A stretch of DNA of 64,000 nt, from assembly GCA_012295275.1 (NCBI GenBank), contig CM022667.1, positions 17,980,001-18,044,000 on the forward strand. Direction: 5' to 3'. Shown here piece by piece: positions 28,701-41,736 of this stretch; the stretch's first letter is position 1; each line of letters begins with the position of its first letter. The notes beneath the pieces are model-generated. The model was not told where the DNA came from, did not search any database, and saw only the letters and a program-made list of their open reading frames with translations. A program made the translations under genes and the position numbers. The DNA is from Chrysomallon squamiferum (taxonomy: Eukaryota; Animalia; Mollusca).

Positions 28701-30273
28701 ATTAAGAATAAAAAAAGAAACAAATAAATATTTACATTATATGGTAGGTGTAATGCAAGGTCCCTTTTATACCAATTCCTGCATTATTAGCTTTCCATAT
28801 AATGTATGATGGTGGTTCTAGGTTGAATATGCTTGATGGTTTTACAAAGTTTTGTATGTGAAGACTAAAACAAAATTAAAATCAAACATTATTCTCAGTC
28901 CCATTATAAAGACCAACAATTAATATTTTTTAAGGCATGCTATAGACTGAAATTTCCAGTTATAAAGCAAAAATATCAGTTCAAGTTAGTTTTAGACAAT
29001 GATAATAATGTATGTTCATATTTTCCTTCATTACTCAGAAATACACAAAATGTAAAATTTATAAATAATTTTTAAAAACAGAGGAATACTTTAAAATGCA
29101 AAGATGTGTTTGTCTTGTTTTATAATCATTTCCTTCCCAAAATTACTGAATTAAATAAATTTGTACAAAGTATATTTGTATATTATTTAGTACAAGAGAA
29201 AAACCTACTTGTAAACTTTGTAGCTAAGTTTTCCAGATGAACCTGAAGCATCAGGAATTTTTAATTTATTTGCTTCTTCAGCAATGGATTCCAAGGCAAT
29301 CTGGTTAGCTATTAAAGAAAAACAAAATCCAATTTTATGATATTTATTTATTTTTACTAATATTTACATTACAGAAATGTATTTGTTATCCTTACTGAAA
29401 TAGATTTTCCTACAACAGTTTTATATGTTAATATCATTGTGTTCGTACGTTTTTCAATACACTTTTGATCGGTTACGGTAAAATATTTATCGTTTTTGTC
29501 CTGAGCAAGAAATATTTTAATCGTATATATTTTATGAAATATCTATCAACTGATTCATATGATTTATATAATTTTATTTAAAAATAAATTTGTTGACAAA
29601 AAAAGAAGAAAGCTTTTTAAGATTTTGTACTTTTTTATTTAAATGAATAACGACTGAGAGGTTATTCATTTTTTAAATTATTATTATTTTTTACATTATT
29701 ATTATTATTATTACTATTACTATTAAATATTAGTTATAAAAATTATCTTACATTAGTTATTTAAGTTTATTATACTTGTTTGTTTTAAATTTTTCATCCA
29801 TTTTATGTTTGCTTTTATATTCCAAACTATTTGTAATATTTATGTCTAATTATGGCGAATTAAACAGCCGTTTGAAGTGAAGCGGTAAATAACCTATTCA
29901 CGAACCACAACTCTTTCTCAGGAAGATGTAATGTTTCATCTATCAACTGAAACAGGCCTAAAAATAATATTTAATTCAGTGAGCCTTCCTCTATTAGGAT
30001 CTTCATAAAAAAAAAAAAAAAAAAAAAAAGAAACAACCAACAACACTTTATTGAATAGATAATGCAAATTTGATAAAGATATCTCTGGAAATACATTTTT
30101 GGTGACTTAAGGTTGACTTTTTTTTAGAAAAATGTCAAATTTCCGGTTGACGGAAAATGGATTTTTGAAAACTGAAATGCAATATATTTTCAACTGTTAC
30201 AGATACCATCAAAAAGTTTTTTTTGTTTTGTTTTTTCCGCTTGGGATAGGTTTTCTTCAGTTGACAATTTAAA

Positions 30274-30308
<35 letters not shown>

Positions 30309-30513
30309 TTATATCCTTTAGTAGCTGTAGCTTATCCTAAGTATACTGCGACTGCGTTCTACTAACAAGTTGTGTGTAGAAAACATACTGGCGATAGTTA
30401 TACAAACCATAGGCGAATCCCTTTAAGCTTACTCTCGCCTTAAAGCCAGGATTCACTGAACTCACTCCGAGAACACAAACAACTGTTAACAGAATATGAA
30501 TATTTAGTATCAT
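22701..30513 (-). CDS. LBP/BPI family protein (lipopolysaccharide-binding / bactericidal permeability-increasing), copy 1, 482 aa, 15 exons
   Basis: Exons: 30408-30513, 29209-29308, 28736-28864, 28282-28355, 27651-27805, 27299-27362, 26696-26787, 26269-26445, 25826-25900, 25036-25200, 24140-24207, 23863-23905, 23547-23610, 23233-23309, 22701-22760 (1449 nt). A signal peptide MILNIHILLTVVCVLGVSS is followed by VNPGFKARVSLKGFAY (compare BPI VNPGVVVRISQKGLDY). Also present: FHGGAAWLYNLF, the conserved Cys pair in exons 5 and 6, RMLYLWLTPY, LNTTCTDFKCIGFLIPQ and a terminal VMIATDVNY. Confidence 0.93.
24350..25015. repeat. Degenerate minisatellite, ~7 copies of ~90-95 bp, in LBP/BPI intron 10 (duplicated at ~35530-36195)
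   Basis: The unit aaa(a/g)ttaaaa..tactttaaaaaagaattctaaatatttctt..tgtacaaaa..tcacaaaatgttttgat recurs at about 24356, 24451, 24542, 24637, 24731, 24821 and 24907. Confidence 0.8.
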
Positions 30514-31597
30514 TTTAGAAACAATGGCAAAAATGTATTTCTTTCGGACTTGTCGCAGCTCGCGCTTTCTGTTTCCGCATTCAGTTAATCACGAGTCATG
30601 ACAAATCACATTAGAGGTCTAGATTAATTAAAATAAATGTTTTGTCATCGAGATATCTATTTACATTTATTTTATTTTATTTATTTATTTATTTGTGATT
30701 TATTTTTTGAAGTATTCTTGGGATAATCATCTGAGTTTAGAAAAGTAACAAAAAGTTATTTAAATAAATAATAAAACAATAAAAAGATACTGATTATAGG
30801 ATGATTTGCAGGGATGGATCAAGATTACACAAGAGGAGTGCTAAGTGGTGAATTATAACTTGCGAAACGGAAATAATTTCTTTTATAAAGTTGCTATTCA
30901 TCACTTTATACATTTAGATGCATAATGTCCAGACAATGTTTATATTTTAGCAATAATAATAATAAATAAATAAATTAATTAATTAATTAATTAAAATCAT
31001 ATCAGAAATTTATTTGCATTCTGGGAAATAAATTTGAGATGTTTACCAGACATTGGATCCGCCATAACTGCGAAAACTTGTTACAATTCACATCGTCGGA
31101 CTGTTCAGATGTCCTTTCTTTCATTTTTATTTTTTTTAATCTTTTTTAATTTTTTATTTTTTTTTACTATCCATGGACTGCCCCTTCATCCTGCAGAGTG
31201 TGCGGGCCTAGAGTTGCTAGCGGATGGATACTTCATTTTACCATTGGAAAGTAAGTGAAATCAGGAACCGCTAAGACAAAATATTATTTCGTTGATAAAA
31301 AAGCAGAAATATCTAGAAACCAATTAATAATAATATATGTGGTTAACATCGGCTGATAAATATATAAGGAGATAATGGCCCTACTGGGTGAAAAGTTTAA
31401 TAAAATTAATATTTTAGATAATATTAAGGTATTTTATAGCTGAGAGCTTCAAGTTCAGAATAGCATATTTAGTTGAGACAATGACCTATTATAATTAAAT
31501 CTATTTATAGTACTTTATGCTTCCCACATGACATCTGATGTAAAACTAAACAATTTCCGAGCACGTAAAGCACGCACTATTGTAGTATTTAATCTAG

Positions 31598-32026
31598 GAC
31601 TTCAGTGATCCTGAACCAGATCCATTTGCTGTAACAATGCCAATACCAATTATTGGTTATCTGTTGAATTGTAATCATCTTCACCATCATTCTGGTCATT
31701 TTAACCAGAAGCTAGCAGTGCTGGCAGGAACCCAGTCTCCTCATCATCAGCATTCAATTCAAGACATCAAAACAAACAAAGTGATGAGCAAGTCTGCAAC
31801 ATTTGCTTCACACTTGGCAAGCTGGCCAGAAACAATGCGAGCAAAATTTAGTAATAGAAATTGCAGCAATGGACTGCAGAATGAATATTACAGAGTACCT
31901 ACTGATGACATTGACTGTCTTGACAACTTCACATATGATGACGACTGCTTTGACACAGGCAGCGAGAATGATGATTTGTTGAATGATAGAGATTTGAAAA
32001 AATCATCCTCTTGTGCTATCCAGTGA
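31598..32026 (+). pseudogene. Orphan duplicate of the ankyrin gene's terminal exon (intact frame, CaaX retained)
   Basis: Copy of 19942-20370 with one S>N change and one synonymous change. Only ~10 nt of the original upstream intron, including the AG, was copied. Functional status is unknown. Confidence 0.7.
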
Positions 32027-33880
32027 AAAATTTTCTGTCATTTTTGTACATGATATGACTAGAGCATTCTAGTGAAAGCACAACATCAACAAATCTCAAG
32101 GGTTCAAGAATATTTCAGTCACAGGAAGAAAATAAATGTTCACAGATAAATTACAGAAAAGATAAGCCCAACAAAGGCGACAGTTGTCTGGAGCCTTTAA
32201 TAATGGATTTTTTCTTATGTTAGAAATGGTGCTTTATTCATCGAATAATAAAGAACCAGGTAACAGAGAGCATGGTAGGACAGTGTAAGAAGCATTTGTT
32301 TAAATACTTTAATGTTAACAAAGGTTGTTTTTTTTTCCACATGAATGTTTTAAAGCAAGCTTGTTTTGATGTCTTATAATCGGTGAAAGTTATGCATATT
32401 TTTTCTGTTTTTAATTTTAAATACTGCTGTATTTTAACCAAACCTTTATTTAAATCAGATATGCAAATTTTGTTTTAGATATTTTCCTTTCGAAAATAAG
32501 ATCTTTTTATTATCTTAAAATAATTATAAAAAGGAATAACTTGACTAGATAGCAACGTTTTATTCAAGGTATAAAAAAAACAACTGAATTAATAGTAGCA
32601 AAAGCTATTAAAAATGTAAGTAATGTAAGTAAATTATATAGTGGATAGTATAGTTTATTTCATATAAAACTACTGTGGATAGTATAGTTTATTTCACAAT
32701 TTAATAAAACTACTGTACTTTTTATGGAAATATTGCTTTTTGCATCTTTTTAGTCGTCATATATCTATGTTCTTAGAAATGGTTTTAAATAAATGGTTGT
32801 AGCTAATCAGTTAACACGTCTTAAGAAGGAAAATAACATTTTATCATTGAGTTTGTTTCATGTCATCTGTTGTGCAATAGATAGTTGTTCTTATTGATAT
32901 TTAAATTATATATTTTCATAATGATCTCACATCTTATAAATTACATGTCATTTTATTATTACTTTTGCACATGTATTAAAGTATATACCTGTGAAATTTG
33001 AATAAAAAAAAAATTGGTAGCATACTATATTTCTGTTTTCTTATAAATTTAAAAATTAGAATCGCTTTATCAGAGTTTTTTATTCTAGGATTCTTAGCAG
33101 TTTCAGAATGTTTTCCTTAGTTACATACAATATAACTTGAGTCTATCTGTTGGAATGATGTCGGTGGAAAATACTGACAATTAAATTGAATGTTCCAAAT
33201 TTCATATTGACTGAAATGGTTTTTTCACCATCTCAAACATTTAAAAATAAAAAATATTCAGCTTTTGTGACTACTGACTAACTTCCAGAGCCTTGAAAGT
33301 GAACTTTGATGTATTTCTTTATATACTCTGATCTGTTATGAGGCATATGGAAAATACACAATTATTAGATAAAAATATATTATTTTAAGGCACTTGGATT
33401 ATACCAAATAAACAAAAAAAAAAATATAATTTGATGCACCTCGAATATAAAAACAACAACAACAGTACCAAAATAATAATTTGAGGTGCATGGTTAATAT
33501 AATTAATTAAAAATACATAAGCTTCATATAGACAGTTATCGGGAATAGACCAGAAGCTAAAATTTGTGAACTATCTGAAAAACAAGTACAGATAAAACAG
33601 TTAAAATAATAAGGGCTTAGAAAAAGCAATGTACATTACAAAACTTGACATGAACTTCATTTCTTTGAAGTGAATGTAAAAACAAATTATTTTCTTTCTC
33701 AAAACAAGAAAATGTCCAAATGTTAAGCAGATTATACTAGATTCTGAATAAATATATTTAAAAATTACATTTTGCTCAGAATAATAAGTTTTAAAGAAAA
33801 ACATTAGGATTTTTTTGTAAAATTAAATGTTTTTGTTGAACAGTTAATTCAAAGTGAAAAATTTCATCCAAAAGAGTTTT

Positions 33881-36800
33881 TCAGTTTTTGAGATGTTGTT
33901 TAATTTTATAATTAACATCAGTAGCAATCATTACAGCATCCTGTAAGAACAAAAAATACATAAGAATATATAAAATATATACATATAAAATACTATATTC
34001 ATTAATTCTGTTCATTTAAAAATTTTAAAACTAATAAAGGTTCTTGTTTTCCCTTATTGCTAAAAACACTTGTTAAAACATATTTTACACCCGTATATCT
34101 CCCATTTCAATTTATTCTATTTTTTTATTGTTAATTTTTTTTATTAAAGATGCAGTCTTAAAATCACACGTAAATTTTTTAAAATAAAGATGCTGTGTTA
34201 AAAAATATACACGCTAACATGTGTACATTTTTTAACACTATCTTTAATTAAAATAAAACAAATAATAATAAAAAATAGAATAAAAGTTACTTATTTATAA
34301 AAAAAACAATTTGAATTTTTAAAGTTAAAGTTAAGATTATAACCATGAAACCATTGTCTAAAATAAGTGCTTTGAATTTAACAATAATTTTTAATAATTT
34401 ATTAATACACTGACCTGAAGTATTTTTATCTCTGAATTAACTAGCTGTACATTGTCAGGCAGTGGAAGAATCAGACCTTTTTCCCCTAGTTCTACATAAT
34501 TGAAATAAAATGTTTTTAAAAATAGAAATGAACTGTGAAAAATCATTCACTTAAAAAGCCAATATATTTTGGATCTTATGGTATTTCAGATGATGGAAAT
34601 CATAAATTAAAGAGACATATAAAAAAAATTTACCATGTGATTACAAATCTTTAAAAAAACATTCAATTACAGCTTTTTTCTGCTAATGTTAAAATGTGTT
34701 ATGAAAAAGACAAGAAATGCTTACCATTTAGGTGTGGTATAATGAAAGTCTTAGCTGCTACATCCATTAGTAACTGTATGACTTTAATCTGAAAAATATC
34801 AAGATTTTTTGTATTAAATTTCAGCAGTTTTAAATCTTACTGATGCATAGAAGTAATTTAGATTAGTACAATAAAACAAATACATTTCTGACTAATAAAA
34901 CAGATAAACTGAAAACATAACAAAAAAATCAAAAACATATTCTTATGGAATAAATGAATATATGTTTTTCAAGATATAATTTCAATCTCATTGCTTCCTC
35001 TTTTCCTGTCTCCAAAAACAAGTTCCTTTTAAAAACTTACGTCAACAAAACCAATATCAGAACTGACAATTCCAACCATAGATCTGGAAAAAAATTTAAT
35101 ACGTGTTTTAATATTAAAATGTATTTTAAAATGCCATTAACAGCCATATAAAATTCTTTCAAATCACCAAAGAAAAGAAAATTATTATAAAGCAAAAGAA
35201 CATACCAGGTTTCTGTCAATAGAAATAGCATTAATTGATATTGAAAAACAAGCAAAAAAGTACAGAGTTTCAAACATAATACTTTTTTAAAGAAATAATT
35301 TAAAACAAATAGCCTACTTATACTTGGTAATCTTTCCTTGCACCACTTTTCCATTTAATGATGCTTCAAGGTCCACATACACTGTCTAAAAAATTTAAAT
35401 TAATAAAAACAGTATTGTAAATAAATCAACTCGATAGAATGTTGGAATATTTTTATATTTTAATATCAAATAATTTATAAAGTGTTGTATAAAATAAAAT
35501 GATTCAGTTTTGGGGTTTTTTTTTAATTTTAAAAATTAAAATGTGTATTTTACTTTAAGAATGAATTCTAAATATTTCTTATATAGCTGAATGTACAAAA
35601 TGCCATAAAACATTTTTGATTTCTTTAAAAGTTAAAATGTGTATTATACTTTTAAAAAAAGTGTTTTTCTAAATTCTTCTTTGATGTCCAACAATGTCAC
35701 AAAATGTTTTTATTTCTATAAAAATTAAACAAGTACCTTACTTTAAAAAATCATTCTAAATACTTCTTAGATAACTGAATGTACCAAGTGTCACAAAATG
35801 TTTTGATTTCTTTAAAAGTCAAATTTGCATCTGACTTTGAAAAATAATTTTTTTATTTCTTACATAACTGATTGGACAAAATTTCACAAAATACCTTTGA
35901 TTTCTTTAAAAATTAAAAAGTGGACCCTACTTTAAAAAAAAAAGAATTCTAAATATTTCTGATTGGTTGTACAAAATTTCACAAAATGTTTTTGATACCT
36001 TTAAAAGTTAAAATATGTACTTTATTTTAAAAAAGAATTCTAAATATTTCTTACATAAAGAGAATGTACAAATGTTTTTGATATCTATAAAAATTAAAAT
36101 TTATACTTTAAAAAGAATTCTGTATATTTCTTAATTAACAAAATTTGCAAAAATGTCACAGAATGTTTTCACTTTCTTTAACAGTTAAAATGTTTCAATT
36201 AAAGTGTGTATACTTACATTGTTAAATGTGATCAGATGAGGTCCAGTACCTTTTCCTGTGTCAATATGCAGATCTATGTTCCCAGCAAACTTAATTCCAA
36301 TAAAACTGTTGATATTCATCACTGGAGTTTGGGTTGCATACATTATCAGTTTAACCCATAAATTTGGATATTTTTTCCCAATCTGAAAATTAACACAGTA
36401 TTCTTTACTTATTAAATGATAACTGAAATTGCCTACAAATTGATAAAAGGCTGATTAATAATTATAAATAGAAATGGTTGCATAGAGTGGGCAGTGCTAT
36501 GGGCAAAACATTCGTAGTGATATGGACTAGTGAAAGGGGCTTGGGAATGGCTAATTTCCATGGGTTAGGGGCACAATACACTTGCCTTGTCCTGGACTCT
36601 GGCAACCAAAACTAGAAAACAATAAAGAATATAAACAAAAAATGTATGGAATTGTTAGTACTGAAGAGAGATATCTGAAAACCATAACCATGAAGAAAAA
36701 GAAACAAACTCTATAAAGATTATCACTGAAAAATTATTATATTTCAGAAAAAGGAGACAACTTACTAATATTATTTAAAACTCAAATAAAATCCGAAGAA

Positions 36801-39800
36801 AAGTTAACTTAAAGAAATGACTTTGTTATAAAGTTTACAAAACTGAAGCCAAGCATTTCAGTTATCAGATCATAATTGTCAGTACAAGAAAGGTTAATAA
36901 GTAAAAGCCTGTAAACACATCTACATTGGCAACTTATAATTATAGATAAGAATATATAATTTACCAGTTTTAACGTTTAAAAAAAAGATGTTTTTATTAG
37001 TTTTACCTGAGGTATTAAAAAGCCAATGCACTTAAAATCTGTACAAGTGGTATTCAAAAATGATTTCTTTCCAGGAGGAAGCTGTAATGTATGATATCAT
37101 TTAACACTGATTAGAACTTTAAAAAGATTCATTATCAATAAACAGGTCATTACAAACACATTCACAGATACTGAAAAATTGTTATTTGCTAAAAGTAATT
37201 AACGTATTTTCAAAAACAAAACCTAAAGGAAAAACAGGAAAATAAAAGTAATGATTAATGAGTTACATGAGCCATTGAGTCTGATATTTTAAAATACTAT
37301 CATGTTAAAAATAATGCAATGTTTTTATGTAATTATTAATTTTATAAACGCACAGTTCATAAATTTGAATAAATGCGTAGCCTATTTTAACATTTGTTTT
37401 GTAAATTTGAATAAATGTGAAGTTTAATTTTTTGGTGATTTTGACTCACATCTTTTGCAGTTAGATTATATTTCATAAAGCCATGTTTCACAGCCACATA
37501 TCCTAAAGTGTTTGCTATATATGGTGTCAACCAGAGGTACAACATCCGTGAACTGTCACTACTTTTTGGCATAGATGCTGGGAGAAATGGTGCTTCCTTT
37601 GGATCAGTTTTCCAGTATATCTCTCCCTGTAATAACAATAAACATAAAGATTATAACTGCTATGAAATTAACAAACAAGTTACTTTATAAGTTTTGAGTC
37701 ATTTTTACCTCAAAGGTAATTTTCCCTAATTATAATCATAAAAATAAAAAGTTTAAACTGAAATGCTAAATCCAATTCTGCTCTACAAAGGTTACTCTTA
37801 GTAATTATAATCATAAAAAGTTTTTAAATATTTTATTACGATAAAAAAGAAAAATTCATAGTAATTAACAATACCTTTAAAAATACATCCATAAATTCTG
37901 TTTTGACATCAGGCTTAGAAATGAAACTGTAATCCAAAAGAAACTTCTTTCCCAAAACAACTGTGACTGATAAATAAAAAGGGTATTCATTTTATTTTAA
38001 TTTCAAATTATTATTGAAAAGATATGAAAATAAATCTGAATAATATTTTAATTATGGTAATTAAGAAAATAGATAAGAATAGCTTCATTAAAATAGTAGC
38101 AACAAAAAATAAAATAAAGGTAATATTTATTAATCTCAAATTTTAACACATTAAAATGTTTCTTTACTAAAAGAACTACATATATATGTATCTTTTAAAT
38201 ATTAATTGTAAAAAGGTAACTAGAAAAACAGTATATGACCATTAACACAAAAAGGTAATTAAAAAAAAAAAAAAAGAAACAGAATAAGGATATTTTTTAA
38301 ATATTAAAATAATTCTTTACAAAAAGAATTACAAATTATTTAAAATCTTTAGTTAAAAACAGAAAAGTAAAATGCCATTAGAAAACCCGTAATTTAAAAT
38401 TTAATTTCGCATGAATTTCTATATTTCAAAAAAAACTTAGTAAGGTTTACGAATGGAAGTATGAGAGTAAAACTCACCAGGTATTTTAGCCAACTGTTTT
38501 TCTGCATCTTGGTTTACAATGTTTGTGACAATGTGACAAAACTGAAACAGTTTGATTTTACACATTTATATGCAACTAAATTCAAAACTGCATTACATAT
38601 TTTGTAAATATCATATATATTCATTATGTGTGCATGACTTCTTATTCAGTTTGTTATTACCATCTGATTTTTAACTAAAATACGAGGGGAAAAAACAAAA
38701 CAACACAACTGGAGTTATTTTAATCTGACTGCCAAAATTGCCAAACTGACAGCAGAATAATATTTGAAGATTTAGCCATATCTATCACTGAGAGATGATG
38801 ACACTGTATGTGAAATTATTTAAACTCACCTGACCTTGAAGTGCATCTTTAATTTTTGAGCCAATAATTTCTGATAATAAGTTATAGAGCCTGGCAGCTC
38901 CTCCGTGAAACTTAATGCTGACACTGCCAATGCTGACTTCACAGGAGGATGTTGATATGTGTAGATGACCTTTTGTACCATTACCTATATATTTATAATA
39001 AACAATATAGAACATTATTGAAAGCATATTCATTCCAATGCCTGTATACATACACACACAAACACACACATTCCCATTCACATGTATAATGACAGAAATC
39101 AAAATAATTTCAAACTAATTACATTATTATAAGAACAGGTAAAATAAACTGAATATGATTCTACATTAAGTATATATTAATAACTTTAAAAAAGAAGAAT
39201 GGATGATTACCATTACTTTTTAAGGATATCTCCAAATATATATTTTTAATGTTTATCCAGGTTCTATAATTTTGGTACTTGTTAAGTGAAAAGGGATATG
39301 TATTGCCTATTTGATCAAAATAGTCCGTCACATATTAACAGTGTGTGTGTGTCAGTGTGTATACATTATACATTCTTAGTAAATATTTTTACAGATAAAT
39401 CAAAAGTAAAACAGAGATGTATTCTAATCTACTAATGAATAATAATGTTTTTATGTTTACTTAGTGCAATTCCAGTTTTGAAGGAAATTCCACCAGCAGA
39501 TGCATCAAAGTTAATGGTGTCTCTTATTGGTATTCTAAATTAAACAAAGTCAATGAAAAATACAAATAAACAATTCATATTTATTTTATAACAAATGTTA
39601 ATGTAATGTCTTCATCAACAAAATATACATAAATATAAATATCAGCTATAATATTACATGCTACATATTTGCTGTTTCCATTAGGTAACAAAAACAAATG
39701 GAAGACAAATTACATTGGTAAATGTCGTGTTGATTTTGATCTTTTATTCTAAAACTTGTACACAGAAGACTTTTTTTTTTCTATATTTAATACTTTTTTT

Positions 39801-39852
39801 TTCTTTATTTTTTTACTACATTTACTACTTTTTTTCTTTTTTTTTTTACTAA

Positions 39853-39887
<35 letters not shown>

Positions 39888-41501
39888 TTTAACTCATTCC
39901 TACATATAAATAACATTAAGAATAAAAAAAGAAACAAATAAATATTTACATTATATGGTAGGTGTAATGCAAGGTCCCTTTTATACCAATTCCTGCATTA
40001 TTAGCTTTCCATATAATGTATGATGGTGGTTCTAGGTTGAATGTGCTTGATGGTTTTACAAAGTTTTGTATGTGAAGACTAAAACAAAATTAAAATCAAA
40101 CATTATTCTCAGTCCCATTATAAAGACCAACAATTAATATTTTAAGGCATGCTATAGACTGAAATTTCCAGTTATAAAGCAAAAGTATCAGTTCAAGTTA
40201 GTTTTAGACAATGATAATAATGTATGTTCATATTTTCCTTCATTACTCAGAAATACACAAAATGTAAAAATTATAAATAATTTTTAAAAACAGAGGAATA
40301 CTTTAAAATGCAAAGATGTGTTTGTCTTGTTTTATAATCATTTCCTTCCCAAAATTACTGAATTAAATAAATTTGTACAAAGTATATTTGTATATTATTT
40401 AGTACAAGAGAAAAACCTACTTGTAAACTTTGTAGCTAAGTTTTCCAGATGAACCTGAAGCATCAGGAATTTTTAATTTATTTGCTTCTTCAGCAATGGA
40501 TTCCAAGGCAATCTGGTTAGCTATTAAAGAAAAACAAAATCCAATTTTATGATATTTATTTATTTTTACTAATATTTACATTACAGAAATGTATTTGTTA
40601 TCCTTACTGAAATAGATTATGGTTTACTGCCTATTTTCCTACAACAGTTTTATATGTTAATATCATTGTGTTCGTATGTTTTTCAATACACTTTTGATCG
40701 GTTACGGTAAAATATTTATCGTTTTTTGTCCTGAGCACGAAATATTTTAATCGTATTTATTTTATGAAATATCTATCAACTGATTCATATGATTTATATA
40801 ATTTTATTTAAAAATAAATTTGTTGACAAAAAAAGAAGAAAGCTTTTTAAGATTTTGTACTTTTTTATTTAAATGAATAACGACTGAGAGGTTATTCATT
40901 TTTTTAATTATTATTATTTTTTTTACATTATTATTATTACGATTACTGTTAAATATTAGTTATAAAAATTATCTTACATTAGTTATTTAAGTTTATTATA
41001 CTTGTTTGTTTTAAATTTTTCATCCATTTTATGTTTGCTTTTATATTCCAAACTATTTGTAATATTTATGTCTAATTATGGCGAATTAAACAGCCGTTTG
41101 AAGTGAAGCGGTAAATAACCTATTCACGAACCACAACTCTTTCTCAGGAAGATGTAATGTTTCATCTATCAACTGAAACAGGCCTAAAAATAATATTTAA
41201 TTCAGTGAGCCTTCCTCTATTAGGATATTCATAAAAAAAAAAAAAAAAAAAAAAAAAACAACCAACAACACTTTATTGAATAGATAATGCAAATTTGATA
41301 AAGATATCTCTGGAAATACATTTTTGGTGACTTAAGGTTGACTTTTTTTTAGAAAAATGTCAAATTTCCGGTTGACGGAAAATGGATTTTTGAAAACTGA
41401 AATGCAATATATTTTCAACTGTTACAGATACCATCAAAAAGTTTTTTGTTTTTGTTTTTTCCGCTTGGGATAGGTTTTCTTCAGTTGACAATTTAAAAAA
41501 A

Positions 41502-41532
<31 letters not shown>

Positions 41533-41736
41533 TATATCCTTTAGTAGCTGTAGCTTATCCTAAGTATACTGCGACTGCGTTCAACTAACAAGTTGTGTGT
41601 AGAAAACATACTGGCGATAGTTATACAAACCATAGGCGAATCCCTTTAAGCTTACTCTCGCCTTAAAGCCAGGATTCACTGAACTCACTCCGAGAACACA
41701 AACAACTGTTAACAGAATATGAATATTTAGTATCAT
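33881..41736 (-). CDS. LBP/BPI family protein, copy 2, 482 aa, 15 exons
   Basis: Same exon structure as copy 1 (exon 1 at 41631-41736, last exon at 33881-33940), with splice dinucleotides retained and no stops or frameshifts seen. I found four amino-acid differences from copy 1. Confidence 0.9.

Larger units (their letters stand above)
19932..31589. repeat. Tandem segmental duplication, unit 1 (~11.66 kb)
   Basis: Near-identical to 31588-42812. The ORF track shows the same ORF series twice (for example 19981/31637, 26206/37387, 27606/38785, 31034/42257). Confidence 0.95.

Noticed and set aside
39749-39941. Poly-Lys and poly-Phe ORFs
   Set aside because: Intronic poly-T tract expansion in LBP/BPI copy 2.
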